A stretch of DNA of 64,000 nucleotides from an uncultured delta proteobacterium (GTDB lineage Bacteria; Desulfobacterota; Binatia; Bin18): contig CAVTCR010000009.1 in assembly GCA_963733195.1 (NCBI GenBank), forward strand, positions 96,001 to 160,000, in the 5' to 3' direction. The notes under the pieces were generated by a model. It was not told the DNA's origin and searched no databases. It saw only the letters and a program-made list of their open reading frames with translations. Position numbers and translations under genes: made by a program. Shown piece by piece: positions 1 through 9,967 of this stretch; the stretch's first letter is position 1; the number at the start of each line of letters is the position of its first letter.

Positions 1-712
1 GTCGGCAACTTCTGTATGATTGCGCAGGAGATCCCGCAGTTTGGTGAGCAGATCATCGTAGTCCAGTAGACTACGCTCATGTTTGTAGTGCCGGTAATAT
101 TCATCGATGCGCATCAGCTCTTCGAGTTCAGAGAAGAGATGCGGGAATTGGTCATCCAGAACCTCAGCAACACTGCACATTTTGTTGGCTGCGAGACTGA
201 CGATCTCCATGATCGTCTGCTTCTTTGGGAAATCGTCGTTCTTTCTTATCGAGCCCGAGACGCGCACGGATCAAATTGATGACATCCTCTGAATCGCCAC
301 GGTCCAGAATAGTGAAAGAATTGGCGAATCCTAGTAACGAAGCGTAGCGGCGCAAGACTGTATTGGCAAACGAGTGAAACGTACCGCCGGTAACACGGTC
401 ACATTGTGCACCCAGCAGTGCACCTGCCCGTTCAAGCATCTCCTCCGCAGCGCGACGAGTGAATGTCATGAGGAGAATCGACGTCGGATCGATCCCTTCT
501 TCGACCATCCGTGCCACACGAAAGACGAGGGTACGAGTTTTGCCGCTGCCCGCACCGGCAAGCACTAGCATTGGTCCTTTGTGGGTAATGGCGGCTTCAT
601 ACTGGGAGGGATTGAGCTCCGCCTGATAATCAATCAGGAACCGCCGAGGTTGCGTCGATTCGGTTTCGGGCTGCAACACATACTTCTGCGGACGTGTATC
701 TTCGTTCACCAC
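1..712 (-). CDS. UvrD/PcrA/Rep family ATP-dependent DNA helicase, N-terminal part (one frameshift near 225; runs off the window start)
   Basis: LNPSQYEA Q-motif, Walker A VLAGAGSGKT, TFTRRAAEEM and GTFHSF motifs. After RRFPK the alternative frame continues KQTIMEIVSL...LLDYDDLL to the window edge. GTG start near 709-712 follows a GGAG RBS. Confidence 0.9.
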
Positions 713-916
713 ACCACTCCGCTGGAAACAGGATGAGGGGAACATAGCGGAAAAGCGTTCAACAGTCAGTAGCAAAGAAGGGGACAGGCCAGGAGTCGGG
801 AGACGGTTTTTCCATATTCAGTAGTCAATCTTCTTGTCGGTTTTACTGACCCCTGATTCCCGTCCACTGGCTCCAGTTACTGACTACTGACGGCCGCTCT
901 GCTATGAATTGAAGAT

Positions 917-1144
917 ATGAGTGCGAAGACCGAACGTATCAATCTCTATGGCGTGAAGTGTCCACTCAATTGGGCGAAAGCGAAAGTGCGACTTGAAGAT
1001 CTTAATCGCGGTGACATTCTTGATGTGTTGATTGACGATCCCAAAGGCCGACGTGATATTCCTCGTGCCGCAGAAGCTGAAGGGTACGCTATTGCGCATA
1101 TCGATGAAATTCCCGGTGGTTGGTGTATCGCAATTGAAAAATAA
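917..1144 (+). CDS. TusA/SirA family sulfur carrier protein
   Basis: 75 aa with N-terminal L-x-G-x-x-C-P motif (NLYGVKCPL) and VLIDDP...DIP segment typical of the TusA fold. Confidence 0.85.
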   Translation: MSAKTERINLYGVKCPLNWAKAKVRLEDLNRGDILDVLIDDPKGRRDIPRAAEAEGYAIAHIDEIPGGWCIAIEK

Positions 1145-1217
1145 AGGAACTGCTTCTGTCCATGTCTACCCTTCGACAAGTTCAGGGTGATTGGCTCCGT
1201 CCGAGAAAGGATTCTCT

Positions 1218-1988
1218 ATGCCTGTTGGTATCGAAAAAAGCGGCCCTGTCACAACCGTGATTATGAACCGGCCTGATGTTCGTAACGCAGTGAATCATGC
1301 CACTGCCCTGGAATTGCAGGAGGCGTTCCGTGCCTTCGATGCTGATCCGGACGCGTTAGTCGGAGTGCTCTGGGGAGACAATGGCACGTTTTGCGCCGGA
1401 TATGATCTAAAGACTGTCTCTTCTGGACAGGGGCTTGGAACGTATGATCCAGAAGGCGATGGCCCGATGGGCCCAAGCAGAATGTTGTTGAGCAAACCTG
1501 TCATTGCCGCAGTGAGTGGGTACGCGGTTGCTGGTGGACTGGAACTTGCCCTCTGGTGTGACATGCGCGTGATGGAAGAAGATGCCCAGGTTGGAGTGTT
1601 CTGTCGTCGTTGGGGGGTACCTCTGATTGACGGTGGCACTGTACGTCTGCCGCGCTTAGTTGGTATGGGGCGTGCGATGGATCTCATTCTCACTGGCCGT
1701 GCAGTTGGTGCGCAGGAAGCACTAGCAATGGGATTGTGTAATCGTGTCGTACCCAAAGGCAAGGCGCGCGAGGAAGCCGAAAGCCTTGCTCACGAGATCG
1801 CCCGGTTTCCGCAGATTTGCATGCGAGCGGATCGCATGTCTGCGTACCAACAATGGGACCTCGACTTGGTGAACGCGCTCAAAAATGAAGCGCGTGGTGG
1901 TATCGAACCACTTCGATATGAAGCTCGTGCAGGTGCAGCTCGCTTTTCCGGCGGCAAAGGACGTGGTGGATCGTTTAAGGAGATATAA
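1218..1988 (+). CDS. Enoyl-CoA hydratase/crotonase family protein
   Basis: NRPDVRNAV, FCAGYDL, KPVIAAVSGYAVAGGLELALWCD motifs; ATG at 1218 after AAGGA. Confidence 0.92.
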   Translation: MPVGIEKSGPVTTVIMNRPDVRNAVNHATALELQEAFRAFDADPDALVGVLWGDNGTFCAGYDLKTVSSGQGLGTYDPEGDGPMGPSRMLLSKPVIAAVSGYAVAGGLELALWCDMRVMEEDAQVGVFCRRWGVPLIDGGTVRLPRLVGMGRAMDLILTGRAVGAQEALAMGLCNRVVPKGKAREEAESLAHEIARFPQICMRADRMSAYQQWDLDLVNALKNEARGGIEPLRYEARAGAARFSGGKGRGGSFKEI

Positions 1989-1994
1989 CCCTTC

Positions 1995-3318
1995 TTAATC
2001 GAACACCCGCTCTCCCGTGGCAAACAGCCACCACACGATGAGACCGAATACGTAAATCCCCGCAGAGATCAGGAACACCAACTGCCACGAGCCAGTAGTG
2101 TCGAGAATAACACCAGTGAGAGTCACTCCGATGATGCCAGGGAGTGTCCCCGCGGTATTAGAGAACCCGAGAAGAATGCCCGCGTAACGTGGCCCGATGT
2201 CCAGGTGATTCACGGCAAACCCTGATAAGGCAAACGCACCGAGTCCGAGCGCGCAACACATATAGAAGATCGCGAGCCCGATAGTGTTAACTCCGCTAAG
2301 CAGGGTGAGAAACGTTGCCGCGCCAAGAAAGCCGACGGTTTGCATCAGCTTGCGAACCAACGTGAGAGAGAATTCCTGCCGTCAGGAGTCGATCCGCTGT
2401 CCAACCCGCGACGTTACTCATCAAGAACATGACTAGCCACGGCAGTACGGTGTAGATGCCGACCTTATGGAGTTCGGCGTGCAGCACTTGCGTGAAGTAG
2501 GTCGGTAGCCACGTGAGGATGACATAAAATCCCCAGTTCGAGCAAAAATGGTTGATGATGATCGCCCACACCGGAGCTTTCGAGAGCAACAGACCCCAGG
2601 GGATTTTTTCATTCTTTGCCGGAGCGGGAGTATTGGCGCGGATTGCTTCTACTTCATCGTGGCTAATAGACGAGTGGGTTTCTGGAGAGTCAGACGCAAA
2701 GAAATGCCAGAAAGCGTACCACACGAATCCCAACATGCCGAACGCATAGAAGACGGCAGGCCAGCCCCACTGTGTAACGATGACTGGAGTGAAGAACAGT
2801 GCTGCGACAGTTCCCAATGGAATACCACTGGCATTAAACGCGACTGATCGGGCCCGTTCTTGACGCGGAATCCACTGTGCAAACAGATTGTGAATAGCTG
2901 GAAACGCAACTCCTTCGCCAAAGCCCATACCGACCCGGGCGATAAATAGCCAGGTAAACGAGACAAAGGCTGCTGGTGGTGTAAGTAGTGTGAAGACTGA
3001 CCACCAGAGGACTCCGAAGCCCAGCACAACCTTGCCACCATAGCGATCAGCTAACCAGCCGCCGAGAACTTGTGTAGCGAGATACCCATAAAAGAACGAC
3101 GAGAGGACAATGCCACGCGTGGTTTGATCCCACCCAAACTCCGTGACCATTGGGATCACCGCCACCGACATGTTGACGCGATCGATGTAGCAAATAAACG
3201 TACTGAAAAAACACAAGATGACGAGCGTGAAACGTCGCGGCCAATATTGGCTGAGTGGAACGGTAGAGATCGGCGTTGATGAAAAACTGCTTGGTTCTGG
3301 TGCCGACTGCACAGCCAT
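1995..3318 (-). CDS. MFS transporter, anion:cation symporter (ACS/sialin-like) family; frameshift near 2370
   Basis: YIDRVNMSVA, GGWLADRYGGK, GEGVAFPA and NHLDIGPRYAGILLG motifs, split over the two overlapping ORFs 2296-3318 and 1995-2360. Confidence 0.88.
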
Positions 3319-3602
3319 GGTGCCCTCCTTATGCCGCTGTTCCCCGTGCGGTCTCCTTCTCTATGCGGAGTGAGGGGCTGCGGTCAACGGGAGGGTGGGA
3401 GCCACAAGGTGCGAAAGTTCTCTTGCTGAACCCTCAAGAGACCATGGTGCCGAATTTCATTTCACTGCTACTCTGATGCCCCGAACTACTATGATGCACA
3501 TTGATGTCTCAGAGCCATGGTTCGGTTTCGTTGACAAAATCGTTTCGTATACTACCGCTGTTTGCTATGATGCCGCGTAAAACTAGTTGATGAGGTCAGC
3601 CA

Positions 3603-3923
3603 ATGAGTACGCATGCAAGCGACCTGGATGTCGCAGTCACGCCACAGTTTGCCGTTCCCACCGCTCACGAGGCAATCGCACGAGTTAATCGTTGGCTGCA
3701 TCGTGAAATTGGAATCGCCATTCATGCGGCGGGAGCGGCCTTTGACCCCGTCACGTTTTATTGGCATGTGCCCATTGAACTGGCCTACGGTGCGACCGGC
3801 CCACTTGGAGTAGTCGGGGACGTATATATACATGCGGCAACAGGCGATTTCGCTGGTCGACCTAATACTGAGGAATTTCGCCAACGTGCGGAAGCGTTAG
3901 CCATCGCGCATGGAATCGAGTGA
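3603..3923 (+). CDS. Hypothetical protein, PepSY-like beta-hairpin C-terminus
   Basis: 106 aa with GAGG RBS; WHVPIEL...VGDVYIHAATGD resembles PepSY-type motifs; overlaps the next gene (GTGA). Confidence 0.55.
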   Translation: MSTHASDLDVAVTPQFAVPTAHEAIARVNRWLHREIGIAIHAAGAAFDPVTFYWHVPIELAYGATGPLGVVGDVYIHAATGDFAGRPNTEEFRQRAEALAIAHGIE

Positions 3924-4375
3924 TGCTGGTCTGGTACGCCCAGGAACTTCAGTCCTCGTGCGTTGCCGCGTGTGTGCGAATGGTCCTTGGGGGGCTGGGA
4001 ACACAGATTGCCGAATCCCAGGTTCGCCGTCTCGTCGGCCACTCGCGATTAGGGACATCTCTCACTTTAGCCCAGATGCAACTGAGTAAAGCTGGAATAA
4101 CCGTGCGAATGCATACAGACTGGAGTCTTGATGATCTACGCGACGCGTTACGCGCGGGCTACCATCCAATTGTGGGAGTTGAGCGCCATCTGCTGGGATA
4201 CTCGCGCGCTTTTCATGCGGTCGTTTTGGTTGAGATCACCAGCGCGACGGTGACTGCTCTCGATCCTCTCGATGGTCCAGAACCACGGCGCTACGAAGTT
4301 CCAGCTTTCGTATCAGCTTGGGATATGGCTGGACGGGAAGCTTTAGTGATCAACGCAGCACCACTCACTCTGTGA
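3920..4375 (+). CDS. Stand-alone C39-like cysteine peptidase
   Basis: Q-x4-SC (QELQSSCVAACVRM), HAVVL and LDP motifs give a Cys-His-Asp triad. Confidence 0.8.
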   Translation: MMLVWYAQELQSSCVAACVRMVLGGLGTQIAESQVRRLVGHSRLGTSLTLAQMQLSKAGITVRMHTDWSLDDLRDALRAGYHPIVGVERHLLGYSRAFHAVVLVEITSATVTALDPLDGPEPRRYEVPAFVSAWDMAGREALVINAAPLTL

Positions 4376-4508
4376 GCGTTCAGGAGGACTTCACCATGAT
4401 AGATGAGGTGTACATCAATTCGGTCAAACTGAAGACCACATCCTAGGCGATTGAAATCGCTGCGTAAGTCCACCGAGAAATTCAGCAACGCAGTGGAGGG
4501 ACGACCCC

Positions 4509-4775
4509 ATGAGTGGCACTCCATACCGAACCGATCAACAACTCGCTTTTGCGGTCACGCGCTTTATTGAAGAAGTGCATAGGCAGGTGCCGCAGGCACG
4601 ACTTGAACCGATGACGCCGTACGAAAATGAAGACTTCACACTAGCAGTGATTGTTCCTGCTAGCGTAGACGAAGAACGAGTGCTGGATCAATGCTTAGCC
4701 GCGAGCGCTATGATTGAGGACGAAATGGAGATCTACATTCTGCCAAGGGTGCGCGTTGAGGGCCAAAAAACATAA
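4509..4775 (+). CDS. Hypothetical small acidic protein
   Basis: 88-aa ORF after a GGAGG RBS; no recognisable motif. Confidence 0.5.
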   Translation: MSGTPYRTDQQLAFAVTRFIEEVHRQVPQARLEPMTPYENEDFTLAVIVPASVDEERVLDQCLAASAMIEDEMEIYILPRVRVEGQKT

Positions 4776-4780
4776 CCTCA

Positions 4781-5404
4781 TCACTGAGGCCGCCTCAATG
4801 CCACGCCACTTCCCGATGCTCTCTCGGTTGCCGCATCGAGTTGTAACCCAAACCCATCAGCTAAGCGGGTGAGATAGTTGAAAATCCCGACGACATGAGC
4901 GACTTCGAGGCAGGCTTGGTCGTTAAAGCCGAGACCTCGCAGCGGTTGCCAATCCTCTTCGACCATCTTTGTTGGTGTAGCGCTGAGCTTTTCCGCGACC
5001 GTACACAGCGCTTGCTCACGAGCAGAGAGGTCTGGCACTTCGCGCCAGCACTTTTGCTTGATCGCTTCCACTAGCATTGGATTACCAAGCTCTGCACGCA
5101 GGAACTCTGCGTGAGATTGCGTTCAATAGTGACAGTCTTGCGCAGCCGCGGCGACACCAGCGATCATCTCACGCTCTTGCCGCGAAAGGACACTCTCTGG
5201 TGACCACATAATCTCGCTAAAAAGCTTGCTCCAAGTTTGGGCGATACGTGGATGGGTACGAATGAGTCGCCCCATCGCAGGAAGAAAGCCAAAATCATAT
5301 GGATATCTCGAACCGGGTGGAAGCTGAGCTCGGACGTCTGCCTCGGTCGGGATCGTCACCCACGCTTCTCGCCTTGCCTCAGGCGATTTGCTTGCAGTTG
5401 CCAT
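4781..5404 (-). CDS. AhpD/carboxymuconolactone decarboxylase-like peroxidase, selenoprotein (C-H-Y-U; UGA at 5123-5125)
   Basis: The two annotated ORFs are in the same frame, separated only by TGA plus 15 sense codons: LSRQEREMIAGVAAAAQDCHY-U-TQSHAEFLR...LSAREQAL...FNYLTRLADGFG. Start ATG 5404 after GAGGAG. Confidence 0.85.
5091..5116 (-). promoter_or_regulatory. Putative bacterial SECIS hairpin
   Basis: Minus-strand UCU-CACGCAG-[AGUUC]-CUGCGUG-C-AGA. The loop starts 16 nt after the UGA and has G as its second base. Confidence 0.75.
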
Positions 5405-5560
5405 AACGTACTCCTCGGAAATCAATTTGTGGGACAGTACCATGTCTACTTGTGAAAGGGCAAGAAAAAGCTGCGGGAGAAAAGCCCCAACTCACTTGCA
5501 AAAGACTGCACCGTAAGGCAGGGTAACCCCCTATCTGCCCGCAGGAGGAATAGGTGAGCC

Positions 5561-8500
5561 ATGGCCCGAGTCTCTCGGACGGTAGTGATACTTTGCTTTT
5601 TAGGATTGCTTGTTGTTCACGTTGCTTCTGCTGATAATCAAAATGCACCGGCGTTTACCGCGCACGGCCATCACGGCCACCATGGCCATCACGGGATGTT
5701 CTTCGATCAAGGCCAGACACGGGAGTCTCGTGAGCAAAGTGCCTCTTCAACGTTCGAGCGCATTCAGAATGAAGTTTTTACCCAAAGTTGCGCCTTGCAA
5801 TCATGCCACGGCTCAAATGCCAAAGCTGGAGATTTAGTGCTTGAAGCTGGGGCGTCGTATAACGCGCTGGTGAACACCTCTCCAGCCAACCCCATTGCGA
5901 ATGGTGCTGGAAAAAAACGCATTCTTCCCGGAGATCTTGATCGTAGCTTTCTGTGGAACAAGATTAGTGCTCCGCTTGCGAGTGGTGAAGGGGCTTCGAT
6001 GCCTCTCGGGTCAAACGGATTCATCAACCTGAACCCCGAACTGACAGAAGTGATCCGCAAGTGGATTCTCGCTGGTGCTCCCAAAGAAGGAATTGTCGAG
6101 GGAACGGGTGGCAGCGGCGGTAGTTCGTCTCAGCAACAGCCACCGATTGAGCCGTTGGCTCCGCCTGCTGCGGGGCAAGGGTTCCAGGTGAAGATTCCTG
6201 CTTTTGGACTCAACAATCAGCCAGAGCGTGAAGGCTGCCTCTTTGTGCGGTTGCCGAATACGGAACCAATTTACATGTCTGGGTATGAAATCCACATGCG
6301 TCCCGGAAGCCACCATTTCATTGTCTACAGTTACAATGGTGAAGCCTGCGACAAAGACAGTGACAACGATGGGACACCCAACTGCCTGGACCAAGATTCC
6401 GGCGAGGCATTCCCCCCTGAGTTTATCGATGACATCGGCTGTAACGACAAAGGGCCGCGTGACAGTTTCCAGAAGTCGTTCATTGCCGGTGCACAGACGC
6501 CAACCTCAAAAGTCTTCTATCCACAAGGCATCGCTCTTAAACTAGAACCGCACCAAGGTCTGCTCCTTAATGCCCATTACATTAACTACTATCAGAACAC
6601 CCAAGGCGAAGTGCTGCTGAATATCAACACCGTGCCAGCCAGTGCCGTGCAGTATGAGGCGAAGATTATTTTCGATGTCATTGCCAATTCGTTTATTTCC
6701 GTTCCCCCACAAGCAGTGAAAGAATCACGCTGGGCGTGGTCACCGAGTAAACGCTCTGCAATTTTAGGTTTGACCTCGCATATGCATAAGCGCGGGACAC
6801 AGTTTACTATTGACCACTTTGGTGCTGATGGGGCCGACAAAAATCCGGCCAACGGACCAATGGATGACCAAGGAAAGCGGCATCTATATGTGAATAATGA
6901 CTACGCCGACCCGGCCAATCTGAATTTTGCCTCACCGCTCATTCTCGAACCTGGCGAACTGCTGTCCTACACGTGTCGACATGACAACGGTATGTCCCGT
7001 CCAATCAAGATGGGATGTGAAGAGACGGCTGGTGTTGCTCCTGGACGTCCGCTCGAAGCTGCTCGCCGCTGTCAGAGTGACACTGAGTGTACGGGTTTTG
7101 GTACTGGGCGCTGTGTGCCTGCAAACTTGGTGTTTGGCTATACCTCAGACGACGAGATGTGCATCATGCCTGGAGTCTACTACGAGTTAGAAGCCAATAC
7201 TGGTGGTGGTGGATCGTCTTCTTTTGCGATGACCCAGGTGACACGCAGCACTGATAACCCAGCAAGTGCGCTCGCGGAAGAAAGTTTTACGACCTCGCTC
7301 AGTGGAGATGGAACTCGCTTGGCGTTTACTTCTAGCGCCGATCTCGTGGGACAGAATGCCGATGGATCGCTAGAGGTGTTTACTGCTGACCTTGCGACCG
7401 CACCACCGACTGTACGCCAATTGACGTCGGCAAGCGGGGGAACGCTTGCAAGTGCTTTCCCTGCCCTCAGCAATGATGGAACAACGGTTGCGTTTACCTC
7501 AAACGTGGACCTGTTGAAGAACGGGACGAACGGAGATGGCAATGTGGAAATCTTCGTTGCCGATTTCGACGGGGGGAATCTGCGCCAACTGACAAATACA
7601 TCAACTGGCGCCAATGGTCCGTTCTTGAGCAGTACGGGTGAGTTGCTGAACCTGTTAGGGCTCGCGATTAATGGCAATGGCAGTGTCGTTGCGTTTACCT
7701 CTACAGCGCCGTTAGGTGGACGGAGTAGCACCTCACAAGAGGTTTTTATTCTTGGTACGAACGGGAGTGGGCTCCGTCAACTCACGAGTGGGACGGTTGG
7801 CAACAGCACAAACCCCAATTTAGCGATTAACGGAGTAACGATCACTGAAGATGGCTCTCGGATCGCGTTCTCCTCGACCGGCGACTACTTGAGCAGCAAT
7901 AGTTTCCAGATTCCTCAGATATTCACCATTGCCAGCGACGGCTCTGGGTTACGGCAACTGACCGTTTTCAGTCAGGGCTCCTGTGAAGAAAGTGGTGGGA
8001 CCGTGTGTGTCGGCACCTTTGTTACCCCGACCTTTAGTGACGATGGCAGTCGTATTGGTTTCTTGCGATTACTGGTGAACCTCGACAACCTCACTTCGCC
8101 GAAGTTGCTCAATACCGAGCCGTTTATTATGAATGCAGACGGAACTGGGCGACAGCAGCTTTTCGATGCGCCTTCTGCGCAGGTGAACTGTTCTCCAGTC
8201 GCGTTAAGTCGGAACGGAAGCCAAACTTCCTTCATCTGTACCGACGACGCTGTGCAGCAAGGAAAACTGTACGTGAATAGCTCCGGAGGCGGGTCACTAC
8301 AAACGGTGATTGGCCCCTTCCCGAACTCCGGTTTAACTGCACCGCCGGCGCTCAGTGATGCCGGTAGCACGATTGCATTTCCCGCTAAAGCCAATCCCAG
8401 CGGACAGAATGGTGATGGGAATGCTGAGGTTTTTGTTGCTGCTCAGAGTGGAGGTGGAACGGCATCTGCGCTAGAGAACCCTCGTGCAGGTTCAACTCAG

Positions 8501-9322
8501 AGCGGTATCGGCATTATTAGTGGCTGGGCGTGTCGCGCCAATCGCATTGATATTGTGATCGACGATACGCACCAGCTGCAAGCAGTGTATGGAACAGGTC
8601 GAGAAGACACGCGCTCAATGTGTAACGATACCGATAATGGATTTTCACTCTTGGTGAACTGGAACCTCTTACCCAGTGGAACTCACACTGCTCGCGTGTT
8701 AGCCGACGGAGTAGAAATTGCACGAACGACTTTTAACGTGAGTTCCTTAGGGTCGGAGTTCCTCAAAGGTCTTAGTGGGGAATGTACCGTACCGAACTTC
8801 CCACAGTCAGGAACCACTACTCCAGTACATTGGGATGAAAGTCTACAAAACTTTGTCCTTGGCCCGAATCAGAACAGTGGTGGAAACACTGGAGTCGATG
8901 GCAACGCTACTGCGAAACTCGAAAATCCTGCTAGTGGGTCGACGCAAAGTGGCATCAGCGTGGTGAGTGGGTGGGCGTGTCAAGCTGGGAAAGTGGAACT
9001 TGTCATTGATGGTACGATTCGCTTACCCGCCGACTACGGTTCAGACCGTGAAGATACACGTCAGATCTGTAATGATACGAACAATGGCTTTGCCCTCTTG
9101 GTAAACTGGAACCTCCTTCCGAAGGGGCCGCACACGCTAGCGGTTGTTATTGATGGAACCGAAGTTGCCAACGTCCCGTTTACCGTGACAAATCTTGGTT
9201 CGGAATTTCTGACTGGTGTGAGCGGCGAATGTTCAGTGTCAAACTTCCCGCAGTCGGGGAAGACAACGAAAGTCCGTTGGGATGAAGGCTTGCAGCGTTT
9301 CGGAATTGTTGAGGTGGAGTGA
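5561..9322 (+). CDS. Large secreted multidomain protein: His-rich tag, cytochrome c-like domain, copper type II (PHM/DBM-like) monooxygenase, TolB-like propeller, two C-terminal repeated beta domains
   Basis: Signal peptide; (HGH)n; CALQSCH...MP...IRKWILAGAP; GSHHF, SHMHKRG and DEMC copper motifs; LSxDGxxxAFTS repeats; duplicated LENPxxGSTQSGIxxxSGWAC domains. Confidence 0.8.
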   Translation: MARVSRTVVILCFLGLLVVHVASADNQNAPAFTAHGHHGHHGHHGMFFDQGQTRESREQSASSTFERIQNEVFTQSCALQSCHGSNAKAGDLVLEAGASYNALVNTSPANPIANGAGKKRILPGDLDRSFLWNKISAPLASGEGASMPLGSNGFINLNPELTEVIRKWILAGAPKEGIVEGTGGSGGSSSQQQPPIEPLAPPAAGQGFQVKIPAFGLNNQPEREGCLFVRLPNTEPIYMSGYEIHMRPGSHHFIVYSYNGEACDKDSDNDGTPNCLDQDSGEAFPPEFIDDIGCNDKGPRDSFQKSFIAGAQTPTSKVFYPQGIALKLEPHQGLLLNAHYINYYQNTQGEVLLNINTVPASAVQYEAKIIFDVIANSFISVPPQAVKESRWAWSPSKRSAILGLTSHMHKRGTQFTIDHFGADGADKNPANGPMDDQGKRHLYVNNDYADPANLNFASPLILEPGELLSYTCRHDNGMSRPIKMGCEETAGVAPGRPLEAARRCQSDTECTGFGTGRCVPANLVFGYTSDDEMCIMPGVYYELEANTGGGGSSSFAMTQVTRSTDNPASALAEESFTTSLSGDGTRLAFTSSADLVGQNADGSLEVFTADLATAPPTVRQLTSASGGTLASAFPALSNDGTTVAFTSNVDLLKNGTNGDGNVEIFVADFDGGNLRQLTNTSTGANGPFLSSTGELLNLLGLAINGNGSVVAFTSTAPLGGRSSTSQEVFILGTNGSGLRQLTSGTVGNSTNPNLAINGVTITEDGSRIAFSSTGDYLSSNSFQIPQIFTIASDGSGLRQLTVFSQGSCEESGGTVCVGTFVTPTFSDDGSRIGFLRLLVNLDNLTSPKLLNTEPFIMNADGTGRQQLFDAPSAQVNCSPVALSRNGSQTSFICTDDAVQQGKLYVNSSGGGSLQTVIGPFPNSGLTAPPALSDAGSTIAFPAKANPSGQNGDGNAEVFVAAQSGGGTASALENPRAGSTQSGIGIISGWACRANRIDIVIDDTHQLQAVYGTGREDTRSMCNDTDNGFSLLVNWNLLPSGTHTARVLADGVEIARTTFNVSSLGSEFLKGLSGECTVPNFPQSGTTTPVHWDESLQNFVLGPNQNSGGNTGVDGNATAKLENPASGSTQSGISVVSGWACQAGKVELVIDGTIRLPADYGSDREDTRQICNDTNNGFALLVNWNLLPKGPHTLAVVIDGTEVANVPFTVTNLGSEFLTGVSGECSVSNFPQSGKTTKVRWDEGLQRFGIVEVE

Positions 9323-9364
9323 GTTCTGTCAAAAGATCGGGGCGTACGGATACGCTCCGATAAA

Positions 9365-9790
9365 CTACCCCTCTTCGCCGTGAACGCGGTTCACCGTTCC
9401 ATCCGCAAACTCAAAATAGATCGCGACTCGTTCTTCAGGTGCTAGGGCGGGGAGGCGTAGCTGTGCAGGTTGTGCTTCATAATAGAGCTGCTCTGCTTGC
9501 TGACACAACGACAATAAGATGGTGACGCGTGCGCGGTACGTGTAATCTGAAGCACCAAGCTGCCGCAATCGAAAGAGTTCATCGTCTTCTTGGCGAATCA
9601 GTTGCCAGAGATGCGGTGCATGTTCAGCCAGCCAAGCATCAATCTCAGAGAAGTGTTCGGACAGCAGGATTGTTGCTGTCTCGTAACGCTGTTGGAGGGA
9701 TAGTGCTGAGGAAGTAGCACGCCTCGCCGTTGACGTGGATCGCGTTCCCCTTTTGGGAAGGGCGTTTGCCTGTGTTTGTGATAATGCCAT
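9365..9790 (-). CDS. Hypothetical protein
   Basis: 141-aa ORF with an AAGG RBS and helical composition; no family recognised. Confidence 0.5.
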   Translation of the reverse strand: MALSQTQANALPKRGTRSTSTARRATSSALSLQQRYETATILLSEHFSEIDAWLAEHAPHLWQLIRQEDDELFRLRQLGASDYTYRARVTILLSLCQQAEQLYYEAQPAQLRLPALAPEERVAIYFEFADGTVNRVHGEEG

Positions 9791-9967
9791 GCGACAACCT
9801 TTCTCTCGGTAGATCGGTCACCGTCGCCCGGCCTTAATTTTCAACCTCCGCTGTTCCTGATTCCTCCTCCTTCTCCTCAGATCAAGGCTCCGGAACGCCT
9901 TATTTTTGACTACTCTGAGAGGAGATGCAATACCAAAAAGCGAAAAAAAAGCGAAAAAGTTAAAAGT

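Noticed and set aside
164-230. Programmed frameshift in the helicase
   Set aside because: No known recoding in UvrD-family genes, and similar indels occur throughout the window; error is more likely.
3531-3553. TTGACA and TATACT as a sigma70 promoter
   Set aside because: The spacer is only 11 nt, too short for a canonical promoter.
8461-9320. Repeated DNA segments as a possible CRISPR or DGR template/variable pair
   Set aside because: They are two in-frame copies of a protein domain with ordinary divergence; no spacers, cas genes or reverse transcriptase are present.
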